A DNA stretch of 64,000 nucleotides. Source: Pseudomonadota bacterium. Lineage in GTDB: Bacteria; Bdellovibrionota; Bdellovibrionia; Bdellovibrionales; Bdellovibrionaceae. The DNA lies in NCBI GenBank assembly GCA_041178425.1, contig JBEGVH010000016.1:1-64000 (forward strand). Direction: 5' to 3'. Below, piece by piece: positions 20,390 through 30,232 of this stretch (the first letter of the stretch is position 1; each line of letters opens with the position of its first letter). A model generated the notes under the pieces. It did no database searches and was not told the origin of the DNA. It saw only the letters and a program-made list of their open reading frames with translations. The position numbers and the translations under genes were made by a program.

Positions 20390-21955
20390 TTAGAAATCGT
20401 CCAAGGACTCCTCTGAATCTTTTTTTGATTCTTTCGCTTTATCCGTTTCCGGATTTGATAGGTCATCTTCTAATGACTGATTCGTATCACTCTCAGCCTC
20501 ACCCTGAGACTCTTCAAGCAATTCAGAATTTTCCTTGTCGTTCGATTTCTGACGATTCAACGGAGCTGTATCCTCTATTTCTTCAGAACGCAGAAGATCT
20601 TTAAACTGCTTTTCGTCCCTTTCGAAGGCTCCATCATCATTAAATCCAAAATGAGTGTTCGCATTGAGCTTTTTGTAACTAAATTTTGCATCGGACTCTG
20701 TGAATTCCCCCACGATATCACCAGGACTGATTCCCTCGCTAGCTTCCATCACTATCGCTGTTGCATAATTTGGCTCAACTTTTACAACTTTAATTTCTCC
20801 GATTTTCCAAGTATTCGAAAAAATCGTGCTCTCGGGATGTCTCATGCGATGAAGCGCCATAATGGGAGCACTTTGATTGACCTTAACGCCATCGTCAGCT
20901 CCTCGGTTAAGATAAATCACCGATTGAGGACCAAAAAGAGTACGTGTTGTATCGTTTTCACCACCAATAATCATAGCACTAATTTTTGAGCTCACTCCTG
21001 GTTCAGTGAGGTTCATTTTGGGGCTCTTACCCATGATGACGACAGACCCAACTTCTATTGGATAGAGAGCTAAAATCACCTTGGCCTTAAATAGACCTTC
21101 AACTTTTCCCTCAATTTGAACTTCACCTTGAACCACATAAGAATTAGGAAAGTCATTTAAAGCATCAGGATCTCGTACTCGACCATTCGACTTCATCACC
21201 GTTAAGATATCTCCAGTTTTTAATTCAGACTCTGACTGAATAAAGAGATAGTCGCGCTCACTCGCCGTTTTGGCATTCTTTTCTATTTCGAACACTTTCC
21301 CTTTAATATTTTTCAGTTCTTCTGCAATAAAAAAAGGTAAACTCAAAATTGAACTTATCACGGTTCTTTCCACAGGAATCAGCTCCACTCTTGGCTTGTC
21401 GTTGTCTGAATCCGACTGAAAATACCAGTTTGGAATTGATGGCGGAAACGCTTCCAGAGCCTTGGGGTAAACCTTTGTTGGCGGAGGAATAATGACGTCA
21501 GTCATATCAATTGTAATTGGCTTCACATCTTCGCTCAGCCACCATCTCGTCTGCGAAAGAGGCGTTTGCGGTGTTAAACTTTGATTTGCAGAGGAGTCCT
21601 TTAATTTCAAACCCGGGGCTTCGAGTCCAGAGCCTGGGTAAAAATGGATGACCTGCCCTACCGAAATCTGGTGAGGATTGGTAATGAAGGGATTGAGTGA
21701 CCAAATCTTAGACCAAAAAAAACCGTCAGCAAAAAGCGTTTTGCTGATATCCCACAAGGTATCACCCTTTAAAACGGAGTACTCTTTGCTTTCTCTCAAA
21801 GCTATTGCTTTTTCCCACATCTCTTCGGATGTCGGACGAGAATGGTATTTTTCATAGACCCTATGAAAATATTTTTCTTTTTTCTCTTCAGTATCAGCAG
21901 AGAAAACAGATGAAGAAAAAACCATCATAAAAGAAAGCAGTAAGAAACGTTTCAA
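20390..21955 (-). CDS. LysM peptidoglycan-binding protein (TsaP-like)
   Basis: LysM YSVLKGDTLWDIS..FWSKIWSLNPFITNPHQI and IYLNRGADDGV. Adjacent to dprA. Confidence 0.8.
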   Translation of the reverse strand: MKRFLLLSFMMVFSSSVFSADTEEKKEKYFHRVYEKYHSRPTSEEMWEKAIALRESKEYSVLKGDTLWDISKTLFADGFFWSKIWSLNPFITNPHQISVGQVIHFYPGSGLEAPGLKLKDSSANQSLTPQTPLSQTRWWLSEDVKPITIDMTDVIIPPPTKVYPKALEAFPPSIPNWYFQSDSDNDKPRVELIPVERTVISSILSLPFFIAEELKNIKGKVFEIEKNAKTASERDYLFIQSESELKTGDILTVMKSNGRVRDPDALNDFPNSYVVQGEVQIEGKVEGLFKAKVILALYPIEVGSVVIMGKSPKMNLTEPGVSSKISAMIIGGENDTTRTLFGPQSVIYLNRGADDGVKVNQSAPIMALHRMRHPESTIFSNTWKIGEIKVVKVEPNYATAIVMEASEGISPGDIVGEFTESDAKFSYKKLNANTHFGFNDDGAFERDEKQFKDLLRSEEIEDTAPLNRQKSNDKENSELLEESQGEAESDTNQSLEDDLSNPETDKAKESKKDSEESLDDF

Positions 21956-21976
21956 AGACCCTCCGCTTTTCTATTT

Positions 21977-22642
21977 TTACTGAGTAATAAGTTTGAGCTC
22001 TACCTGAGCTCGCTCAGACTCGGGACTTCCAGGATATTTATTCATCACTTGGGCCAATACTTTTACGGCCTCTTTTTCCAAATTCATTTTTCTAAAAACA
22101 ATTCCTTTGGCAAAGAGAGCAGAGACCGCTTTGTTGCTCTGAGGATACCTATCAATTATTTTTTGGAAAAGATTAAGGCTCGGCCCATAATTTTTTTGAT
22201 TAAAAGCTAACATTCCCTGCAAATAAATCACATTGTCGCAATAAATACTGTTCGGAAATCTCTTTAAAAGAAGGCTGCTATAGGCGTTGAGTGCTGCAGA
22301 GTCAGATTGTTTCGAGCGTTCAACGGCTCTCTGGTAAACCTGCAACTCCGAAAGCCCTTCAACCTTCTCCCCCGCTAATTCAAAAAACAATTTTTCTTTA
22401 TCTGTGAGTTCAATGGGTCCAACAGGTGACGTTGCATCTTCTGGAATTCGAACGCCAAATTCCCCATGCTCCTTTAAAATATTTGAAGGCCCCCCGGGTA
22501 CTTTCAAGTGAGGAAATGTTTTTTTACTTCGAATTTCATTCTTTATCATTGATGTATTGGTATCAGCTCTATTCGAAAAACTCTGACAACCCAAAAGTCC
22601 ACCCAGCGACAATGCAATCAGAGCTATCATTCCTTGACGCAT
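21977..22642 (-). CDS. TPR lipoprotein, CpoB/YbgF-like
   Basis: Lipobox LLGC and TPR caps FPNS, YPQSNK and YPGSPE. Confidence 0.75.
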   Translation of the reverse strand: MRQGMIALIALSLGGLLGCQSFSNRADTNTSMIKNEIRSKKTFPHLKVPGGPSNILKEHGEFGVRIPEDATSPVGPIELTDKEKLFFELAGEKVEGLSELQVYQRAVERSKQSDSAALNAYSSLLLKRFPNSIYCDNVIYLQGMLAFNQKNYGPSLNLFQKIIDRYPQSNKAVSALFAKGIVFRKMNLEKEAVKVLAQVMNKYPGSPESERAQVELKLITQ

Positions 22643-22834
22643 ATTTCCCTCCTGGAAATTATAAAGTGTGCAAATCACTTGATCACTTTTTGATAGTTAC
22701 ACAATGACCTAAACCCGCCAAGTCCAAGACTCTACCCAAGCCAAAGAGCTGACAGACCTTGTTCCAGAACCTATAGGTTTTTCTTAAATTTTCTTAAATT
22801 CTGACTAGCCCAAAATCAGAAGGGTCAATACAAG

Positions 22835-22891
22835 TTATCCACAGTCTATGTGGACTAGACCTTCTGTGAAGAGGCTAAACCCTTATCCACA
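22835..22891. promoter_or_regulatory. Cluster of DnaA boxes
   Basis: Perfect TTATCCACA at 22835-22843 and 22883-22891. Reverse-oriented two-mismatch boxes at 22849-22857 and 22865-22873. Confidence 0.6.
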
Positions 22892-23078
22892 AAGCTTTTC
22901 AGCGATTTGCTTATTTTTAATGCTAAAGAAAAATGGGCATCATTTAAAAAAAGTTAGCAAATTCAAAGGTATTTTACTCTGAAGATAAAATCCGACTATC
23001 AGAGATCCGAATTCTGGACATGGAGTTTAGAAAAACGAGGCATTGATCGGTCATTTGAAATTGCAATACATCTCTCGC

Positions 23079-23948
23079 ATGACTTTATTTAGTGTTTTAT
23101 TTTTACTTTATATCTACTGGCAGCCACTTGATTCAGAGATTTGGATACAAAATCTTGCCGCCCCAGCCCAGGAATTCTGTAAAAATCTGTTAACATTTAA
23201 CTCCATACATCTGAATTTTTATCGTGCACTTTCTTGTGGCACTCCAGTTGCCGACCGACACTATGAAGTCCTTAAAACTGTTTCTCTATGGCATTTGGTT
23301 GTTGTCTCAGCGGGACACTTTAAAATCATTCAGTGGCTCCTACAGCGAATGATACCGAGACCTTCAATGCTTCATCTTCCAATACTCTTTGTTTATTGCT
23401 TAATGACTGGGGCGCAAGCTCCAATCATCAGGGCCTTTTTTGAATTACTCATTGGTGCATTGTCTTCTCGAGCGAAGTTATGGATTCCCTCTGGATACTC
23501 ACTTCTCTACTCTGGCTGCCTCTGTCTGATTTTGTTTCCGGGGTGGTCTCAATCTTGGTCCCTTTTACTCTGTTGGCTATGTGCTGTCATAACCAGGCTT
23601 TTTTATAATCAAGGTAGCCTCATGAGTTCAATAGGAATAGCGATTGGAGTTTTTCCGATCATGTCCTTGTTCTCAACTCCTCACCCCTTAAGCTTTTTAT
23701 TTAATTTGGTTTTAGCACCTGTACTATCGATCTTTTTGTTTCCATTGAGTCTCTTGATGGTCATAGTGCCGCAAGCACATTTTATTGCAGATCCATGTCT
23801 TGATTTCCTTCTGCAGATTCTTAAAAATCTTACTAGCTCCTTTAAGCCTAGCCTTTCTTTTTTTAAGTCCTCCAACCAGTTTATTATGTTCTGCTGGTTC
23901 TATTTATTTTTCTTTCAATTAGTCTTAATTTTTCGCAGGAAGGAATAA
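23079..23948 (+). CDS. ComEC/Rec2 membrane (Competence) domain protein
   Basis: Motifs HLVVVSAGH and TGAQAPIIRA; polytopic. Start codon uncertain. Confidence 0.72.
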   Translation: MTLFSVLFLLYIYWQPLDSEIWIQNLAAPAQEFCKNLLTFNSIHLNFYRALSCGTPVADRHYEVLKTVSLWHLVVVSAGHFKIIQWLLQRMIPRPSMLHLPILFVYCLMTGAQAPIIRAFFELLIGALSSRAKLWIPSGYSLLYSGCLCLILFPGWSQSWSLLLCWLCAVITRLFYNQGSLMSSIGIAIGVFPIMSLFSTPHPLSFLFNLVLAPVLSIFLFPLSLLMVIVPQAHFIADPCLDFLLQILKNLTSSFKPSLSFFKSSNQFIMFCWFYLFFFQLVLIFRRKE

Positions 23949-23949
23949 T

Positions 23950-24687
23950 ATGAATCGATGGGCTTCTTTTATTTTCATTTTTGGCTTCGTTTTTTTATAT
24001 CCTGACTTTGTCAGCCTAGAATACCCGAGTGCCCAAATCATCGTTTGGAACGTAGGTCAGGGCCAGTGGATTACAAGAGTCGAAAAAGACCATTGTCTTC
24101 ACTTTGATTTTGGAGGTGAATTTAATCCAATTGAACTTGTATCAAAAACTTGTAGTGGGAGAATTAATGCTCTAGCTCTTTCTCATCCCGACAAAGATCA
24201 CCACAATTTTCTCAAGTCGATAAGAAATAGACTAAACAATATATGTCTAATTGGGCCAAGCTGGACGTCTTCTGCAATCAAAAGAACTAAAGCTAATGGC
24301 ATTAAAAGATGTTGGTCTGAGCCTCAAAAAACCACCTGGTATTTTAATGCCAAAACTATCAGACCCAAAGATGATAACTTTTCTAGCCAAATTGCTATCC
24401 ATAAACATTGGCTTATAACTGGAGATGCACCCATTTCGCTCGAAAAACTGTGGCTCCAATCCGTGCCAAAACCGAAACTGATTACGCACCTCGTTTTAGG
24501 ACATCACGGGAGTAAAACGAGTACATCAAAAGAACTTCTTAATTCTTTACCGTCATTAAAACAATGCATAGCCTCGAGTAGAGAAAAAAAATACGGACAC
24601 CCTCACCGAGATGTCCGTATTCGCGTCAAGACTGTTTGTGGACTCCTCCGAACAGAAGATTGGGGACATATCCACTTTTATGATTAA
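23950..24687 (+). CDS. ComEC-type metallo-beta-lactamase-fold nuclease domain
   Basis: Motifs NVGQG, SHPDKDH, TGDA, GHHGSKTS and YGHPH. Confidence 0.82.
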   Translation: MNRWASFIFIFGFVFLYPDFVSLEYPSAQIIVWNVGQGQWITRVEKDHCLHFDFGGEFNPIELVSKTCSGRINALALSHPDKDHHNFLKSIRNRLNNICLIGPSWTSSAIKRTKANGIKRCWSEPQKTTWYFNAKTIRPKDDNFSSQIAIHKHWLITGDAPISLEKLWLQSVPKPKLITHLVLGHHGSKTSTSKELLNSLPSLKQCIASSREKKYGHPHRDVRIRVKTVCGLLRTEDWGHIHFYD

Positions 24688-25793
24688 ACTGGGTGATAGG
24701 GTCGATATTCTAAACCTAAATCTTTTGCCACTGGCTCATAACAAACCCTGCCATTGTAGACGTTAAGGCCTTTTAAAAGGGCCTTATCTTTCGCTACGGC
24801 ATCTTCAACTCCGTACGCCGCCAACATTGATCCATACTTTAGTGTCATATTAGTGAGTGCGTAAGTTGAGGTGCGTGACACCACCCCGGGCATGTTAGGA
24901 ACACAATAGTGAATCACTCCGTCAACTTCGTACGTGGGTTGAGTGTGAGAGGTGGGACGACACGTTTCGATGCAGCCACCCTGATCAACAGCGACATCCA
25001 CTACCACCGATCCCTTGCCCATGGAAACAATAAGGTCTTTAGAAACCAACGTGGGCGCTTTGTGGCCTGTTAATAACACAGCTCCAATCAGCAAATCGCT
25101 CTCTCGAACGGCATTTTCGATATTTTGTGGGTTAGAGTATAGGGTGCGACAACGGCCATGAAAAATATCATCAAGGTATTCGAGGCGCGCATGATTGACA
25201 TCAAGAATTGTGACTTCAGCACCCAAACCGACTGCCATTTTTGCAGCATTGGTACCTACCACTCCGCCGCCAATAATGCTCACCTTCGCCGGTCGAACAC
25301 CTGTGACCCCGCCTAACAAAATCCCTTTTCCACCATGGTCTTTTTGTAAATAGAAAGCCCCAATTTGAGTTGCCATTCTTCCCGCGACTTCACTCATGGG
25401 AGTGAGAAGAGGTAAGCTACCATTATCAAGCTCGATAGTTTCGTAAGCAACGGCCTTCACCTTTTTTTCACATAAAACCTTTGTTAGTTTTGGCTCCGCC
25501 GCCAAATGAAGATAGGTATAAAGAATTTGCTGCTCTCGCAAAAGATCATATTCATCTGGGAGTGGCTCCTTCACCTTGATGATCATATCCGCTTTTGCAT
25601 AAACCTCTTTTTTTGTAGCTATGATTTGTGCTCCGGCCTTTTCATATTGAGAGTTAGTTATTCCGCTTCCAACTCCTGCCTCAGCTTCAACAAGAACTGA
25701 ATGCCCTTCTTTGACTAGCTGCTTAACCCCCGCCTCTGTCAAACCAACTCGATTTTCACTAATTTTGATTTCTTTCGGTACTCCAATAATCAT
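24684..25793 (-). CDS. ald: Alanine dehydrogenase
   Basis: Motifs GVPKEIK..ENRV, YLHLAA, PMSEVAGR, DVAVDQGG and HYCVPNMPG. Confidence 0.96.
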   Translation of the reverse strand: MIIGVPKEIKISENRVGLTEAGVKQLVKEGHSVLVEAEAGVGSGITNSQYEKAGAQIIATKKEVYAKADMIIKVKEPLPDEYDLLREQQILYTYLHLAAEPKLTKVLCEKKVKAVAYETIELDNGSLPLLTPMSEVAGRMATQIGAFYLQKDHGGKGILLGGVTGVRPAKVSIIGGGVVGTNAAKMAVGLGAEVTILDVNHARLEYLDDIFHGRCRTLYSNPQNIENAVRESDLLIGAVLLTGHKAPTLVSKDLIVSMGKGSVVVDVAVDQGGCIETCRPTSHTQPTYEVDGVIHYCVPNMPGVVSRTSTYALTNMTLKYGSMLAAYGVEDAVAKDKALLKGLNVYNGRVCYEPVAKDLGLEYRPYHPV

Positions 25794-25831
25794 AGATCAA
25801 CTCCTCATTTCTCGAATTAAATTTGAAATCC

Positions 25832-26737
25832 TTAGCTGATTTGCCAAGGTAGGTGTCCAAAGTCATCGATGGGAATAGCCTCTGCCATTTCGAAAGGGGC
25901 TGTTCGCTCTGGCAACATTAGAATTCTACGCACCAATTGATTGAGAAGATCATGCCCCGCCTTATAGAGAATTAAATGGCCCATTAGTGGTGCCCCTAAA
26001 GTCACTAAATCTCCAAGAGCATCCAGAACCTTATGACGAACAAACTCATCTGCAAAACGAAGTCCACTTTGATTGAGAACCCTTGAATCATCTAAAACTA
26101 TAGCATTATCGTAGCTACCGCCAAGTGCGAGCCCCATTGAGTGCAATTTTTCAACGTCTTTTAAAAAGCCAAAGGTTCTCGCACTCGCAATCTCTCTTGC
26201 AAAGGAAACTTCATTAATATCTAAGTCGATAGTCTGTTTTCCGATTCCAGGATGACTGAAATCAATCGTACAAGTAATTCTCAGTCCATTATATGGAAGC
26301 ACAAAAGCTTGCTTCTCTCCATCAATGACTTGAATCGGCTCTTTAATATAAATATATTTTCTAGACTGATCTTGCTCCACAACGCCGGATGCGAGAATCG
26401 CCTCCAAAAAATTTGCACTACTGCCATCAACAATTGGAATCTCAGGTCCATCAATTTCAATGAATGCATTATCTATTCTCAACGCTGCTAATGTAGATAA
26501 ACAATGCTCGACAGTCGAAACCGAAAACTCATGCGATCCTATTGTCGTTGCATTCGTGGTGGCTTTGACGTTTTCCGCAAAAACTCGGATTGATGCTCGT
26601 TTACCGTTTACCATTCTAACAAGGTGAACGCCAATATCAGCAGGAGCTGGACGAAAGATTAGACGGCAGGGCTTACCCGTATGGAGTCCAATACCATCGA
26701 CAACCGAAGACTTTTTTAAGGTTCTTTGAAAAAACAT
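25832..26737 (-). CDS. lpxC: UDP-3-O-acyl-GlcNAc deacetylase
   Basis: Motifs GIGLHTG, TVEH, ARTFGF, HKVLDALGDL and KAGH. Confidence 0.96.
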   Translation of the reverse strand: MFFQRTLKKSSVVDGIGLHTGKPCRLIFRPAPADIGVHLVRMVNGKRASIRVFAENVKATTNATTIGSHEFSVSTVEHCLSTLAALRIDNAFIEIDGPEIPIVDGSSANFLEAILASGVVEQDQSRKYIYIKEPIQVIDGEKQAFVLPYNGLRITCTIDFSHPGIGKQTIDLDINEVSFAREIASARTFGFLKDVEKLHSMGLALGGSYDNAIVLDDSRVLNQSGLRFADEFVRHKVLDALGDLVTLGAPLMGHLILYKAGHDLLNQLVRRILMLPERTAPFEMAEAIPIDDFGHLPWQIS

Positions 26738-26851
26738 AAAAACCCCTTTGATCCTGTTTCTATTATTTTAAATCTGAACCGACAAGCCTAATAGATAGTT
26801 ATTTAAAAATAACGTTTGTTGCTAGCCTTTCTTTGCAGGGGGTACTGCTAC

Positions 26852-26878
26852 TTTAGAAATCGATGATTTTCCCGATAA
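26852..26878 (+). promoter_or_regulatory. Putative sigma28 promoter
   Basis: TTTAG-N14-CCCGATAA, ending 7 nt before ATG 26886. Confidence 0.45.
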
Positions 26879-26885
26879 GAAAGCA

Positions 26886-27134
26886 ATGGTAAAGTTTTGG
26901 CTCTGCTTACTTTTTATTTCTATTTCTATTGAGGGATGCACCTCAATGACAAGCACGACGACGGTCAAACGTCCCGCTAGAATTCATCCCGCGGCCTACG
27001 CAGATGATTATTTTTTTGATAAGCCAAGACAAGAACGTGCGCCTAACGACTTTGAATTTTATTACAAACACTGCAGTATTGACGATAGAAAACCATTCCC
27101 AGTAGGCGCCATCTGGGCATGCACCACCCCCTAA
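26886..27134 (+). CDS. Small putative lipoprotein
   Basis: Signal peptide with lipobox-like IEGC and two further C-terminal Cys. Confidence 0.6.
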   Translation: MVKFWLCLLFISISIEGCTSMTSTTTVKRPARIHPAAYADDYFFDKPRQERAPNDFEFYYKHCSIDDRKPFPVGAIWACTTP

Positions 27135-27158
27135 CAGAGGGTGGCACTTCGCTCAGAA

Positions 27159-27875
27159 TTAATAGAAAACTTCTCGCCCTTGCATCTGCTGCATTTCGCC
27201 GAGCCCGTTAATATAAAATTGTTGGTTTTTTTCGTGATGATTGATCACTGTATCAACGGTCCATTTCATATTCATTTGCATACCCGCCACAGGATTCTCG
27301 CGAGTTCCCATATTGAATACTGTTGGCACGCTCCCCTCGATATTGACCTTGTAGCCCCAGGCAACAGAAAGACCTGCGACATCAACGGTTGCCTGTGTGA
27401 TGTAGCGCCCAAGCCCCTTGAATTGACCACCAGAGATGTAGGAAACTCGATAAATAAATTCCACGACTTTGCCGCCCAACTGATTTTCGTAAGTCACTTT
27501 CCATGATTGGCTGCGTGGAGCATTCCACTTTTCAAGGGTAGCCCAGCACTGAATGCCCGCAGGAAGAGCGTGAGCCACATCGGTTTTAATATTGTAAACA
27601 GGGCGACCCATTTCAATAATCCCCCATACTTTTTTTCCGACGTTAACAATTTTATCAATTATCACGCCCACTTCATCAATGTCTTCTCCTAGGCCTTTTT
27701 TTGACGAAAAATCTTCAGGCTTACAGTTATCCATCACCGGTTGACCCGTCGATTCAATAGAGCTGCTCACGGGTATAGCCGTAACACGCCCTATTCGATA
27801 ATAAAGATCAGACTGATTCGCAGCTGAAACTAAACACGATGCGAACATCACCATTAATATTGAAATAACTTTCAT
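27159..27875 (-). CDS. Exported hypothetical protein
   Basis: Signal peptide, AGGAGG SD, beta-rich body. Confidence 0.7.
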   Translation of the reverse strand: MKVISILMVMFASCLVSAANQSDLYYRIGRVTAIPVSSSIESTGQPVMDNCKPEDFSSKKGLGEDIDEVGVIIDKIVNVGKKVWGIIEMGRPVYNIKTDVAHALPAGIQCWATLEKWNAPRSQSWKVTYENQLGGKVVEFIYRVSYISGGQFKGLGRYITQATVDVAGLSVAWGYKVNIEGSVPTVFNMGTRENPVAGMQMNMKWTVDTVINHHEKNQQFYINGLGEMQQMQGREVFY

Positions 27876-27990
27876 TGAATTCCCTCCTGTAAACCTCTAA
27901 AGGCGGGAAGATCCTCATCGGGTACTTTTACTTTGTCAAAAAGAATGCACGCTGTTAAAAAGCAGGCCTTGAATCAATAAAGAGGAATTC

Positions 27991-28980
27991 ATGGAAAACT
28001 GGCAAATTCAGCTCAGAGAGGGCTTCCGTAATGTTAGGGCTCTCCTGGATTTTTTAAATCTGTCTGCTGACATTGCTTCAATGATTGAAGATTCGGAGTT
28101 TCCACTTCGAGTGCCTTTTTCTTTTGCACAAAGAATGAAAAAAGGAGATCGGCAAGACCCGCTCCTGTTGCAGATTCTGCCTCTTAAAGAAGAAAATAAT
28201 TTAAATCCGTTATTTCAGTTCGATGCTGTTGGAGACCTTAAGGCTCTAAAAACAAAAGGCCTCATTCAAAAATATCATGGCCGCGTTTTAATCATCATGA
28301 CGGGAGCCTGCGCCGTGCATTGCCGCTATTGTTTTCGTCGGCACTTTCCTTACGATGAGCAAATATTGAGTGAATCGAATAAAAAAAATTTATTGAGTCT
28401 ATTATCTAAGGATCAATCCGTCGAAGAAGTTATTTTTAGTGGAGGAGACCCTCTTCTCCTCACAAATTCTAATCTTGCAGAGTGGGCAAAAGATCTATTA
28501 GCGATCCCTCATATTAAAAGATGGAGAATTCATACTCGACTCCCATCGGTTTTACCGGCGAGAATAGACCCAGGTCTTCTTGATTCGCTCAGAATTTTCA
28601 ATGAACAGGATCGACAAACAGTAATCGTAACCCATATCAATCACCCCAACGAAATCGATACCGAAGTAAAAAATAAGCTTAAGGATCTTTGTCGTGCGGG
28701 AATTACCGTTCTTAATCAATCCGTTCTACTTAAAGGAATCAATGACAGTGCCCACACACTGAAACAACTCAGCGAGAAACTTTTTACCGCTGAGGTTCTT
28801 CCTTATTACCTTCATCTTTTAGACCGCGCCCAAGGCACTCAACACTTTGAGGTGAACGAAGATGCAGTAGCTCCGATTTATCGTGAGCTCTCCTCTCAGT
28901 TACCTGGCTACTTAGTACCAAAGCTAGTTCGTGAAATCGAAGGGCAACCGCACAAAGTCATTTACGGTCATAGTTACTAA
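27991..28980 (+). CDS. epmB: EF-P beta-lysylation radical SAM enzyme (KamA family)
   Basis: Motifs CAVHCRYCFRRHFPY, SGGDPL, NQSVLLKGIND and PYYLHLLD. Confidence 0.88.
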   Translation: MENWQIQLREGFRNVRALLDFLNLSADIASMIEDSEFPLRVPFSFAQRMKKGDRQDPLLLQILPLKEENNLNPLFQFDAVGDLKALKTKGLIQKYHGRVLIIMTGACAVHCRYCFRRHFPYDEQILSESNKKNLLSLLSKDQSVEEVIFSGGDPLLLTNSNLAEWAKDLLAIPHIKRWRIHTRLPSVLPARIDPGLLDSLRIFNEQDRQTVIVTHINHPNEIDTEVKNKLKDLCRAGITVLNQSVLLKGINDSAHTLKQLSEKLFTAEVLPYYLHLLDRAQGTQHFEVNEDAVAPIYRELSSQLPGYLVPKLVREIEGQPHKVIYGHSY

Positions 28981-29002
28981 CTTCAGTTTTATTGAGTTTT
29001 TG

Positions 29003-30232
29003 TTAGCGTCTCTCGATGAGAGCGCCAAAGAAACCATCCCAGTCATTATCTTGTGGTAAAAAAGTGGTCTGTTTTATTAAATGAAAGTCTTTGTTTTCTG
29101 AGAGAAATTTCTCAACTTGCTTTTCATTTTCAGAGGGAAAAATGCTGCAGGTTGAATAGACCATCTTTCCACCCGGCTTTAAAATTCGAGAGTATGATGT
29201 CAATATTTCCGCCTGAAGTTCATTCAGCCGTTTGAGTTCCTCTTCTGACAGCTTCCATTTACTATCAGGATTTCGTCGAAGAACTCCAACACCAGAACAA
29301 GGAACATCCAACAATAAACGATCAGCGGTTTCTGCAAGGCGTTTGATGGTTTTCTGCCCCTCAATAACCTTCACCTCAATAATATCGATACCATTTCTCG
29401 AAGCACGGTTGCGAAGTTCTTTGAGTTTCCACTCATGAATATCGAGGGCGATGATTTTTCCCTTATTTTTCATTAGGGCCGCAAGATGCAGAGATTTTCC
29501 ACCCGCTCCAGCACAGGCATCGACAACTCTCATACCAGGCTCAACTCCCAATAAGGGAGCCACATGCTGAGAAGCCCAATCTTGAACCTCAAACAATCCA
29601 CCGTGAAACGCCTTTGTAACAAAAACGTTTTTTCTTTCCTTGAGAACTAAGGTCTCGGGGACATCATTAGTGACTGGCTCAGCCAGGATCTCTTCTTCAC
29701 CTAACAACTTAATGAGAGCGTCAGGTTTAGTTTTGAGCGTATTCGTTCTTAGATAAACGCGAGCCGGTCGATTGAGCCAAGGGAGAGCCTCCGTCCAAGC
29801 ATCGCCTAACTCAGCGGTTCCACGTCTTTGCAACCAATCGGGAATGGAATACATTACCTCAGGTTCTGGATCTTGATTTAGTTTATTTTTTAAGACCGCC
29901 AAATCTACCTTGGAAGCAAATCCCTCTGGTGCCTCACCCTTTTTCCAAGCCCACCAAAAGGCCCACAGAGTTTTTAAAGAACTCAGTTCAAGTTCTGGCT
30001 CCATGCCTCGAAGCCACCATAAATAGCGCCACCATCTAACAATTTCATAGACGGCCTCGGCAAAAAAACGACGATCACGCGAGCCCCACTTGCGCTGGTT
30101 CTTGAGATAGTACTCAATCACCTTGTCGGCATGTCGGCCACTTTCAAAAATATCTTTTAACGCCTTAGCGATGGCCTCTACCAGGAGACCGTGAATACGA
30201 GTTGGCTCGTTCCTACTAGAATGTTGGTTCAA
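29003..30232 (-). CDS. RsmB/NOP-family RNA m5C methyltransferase
   Basis: Motifs VQD.ASQ, DACAGAGGKS, DVPCSG.G, YSTCS and ENE. Confidence 0.9.
   Translation of the reverse strand: MNQHSSRNEPTRIHGLLVEAIAKALKDIFESGRHADKVIEYYLKNQRKWGSRDRRFFAEAVYEIVRWWRYLWWLRGMEPELELSSLKTLWAFWWAWKKGEAPEGFASKVDLAVLKNKLNQDPEPEVMYSIPDWLQRRGTAELGDAWTEALPWLNRPARVYLRTNTLKTKPDALIKLLGEEEILAEPVTNDVPETLVLKERKNVFVTKAFHGGLFEVQDWASQHVAPLLGVEPGMRVVDACAGAGGKSLHLAALMKNKGKIIALDIHEWKLKELRNRASRNGIDIIEVKVIEGQKTIKRLAETADRLLLDVPCSGVGVLRRNPDSKWKLSEEELKRLNELQAEILTSYSRILKPGGKMVYSTCSIFPSENEKQVEKFLSENKDFHLIKQTTFLPQDNDWDGFFGALIERR

Noticed and set aside
22835..22891. Calling the DnaA-box cluster oriC
   Set aside because: Only four boxes, no origin-linked genes nearby, and GC skew cannot be assessed from this window.
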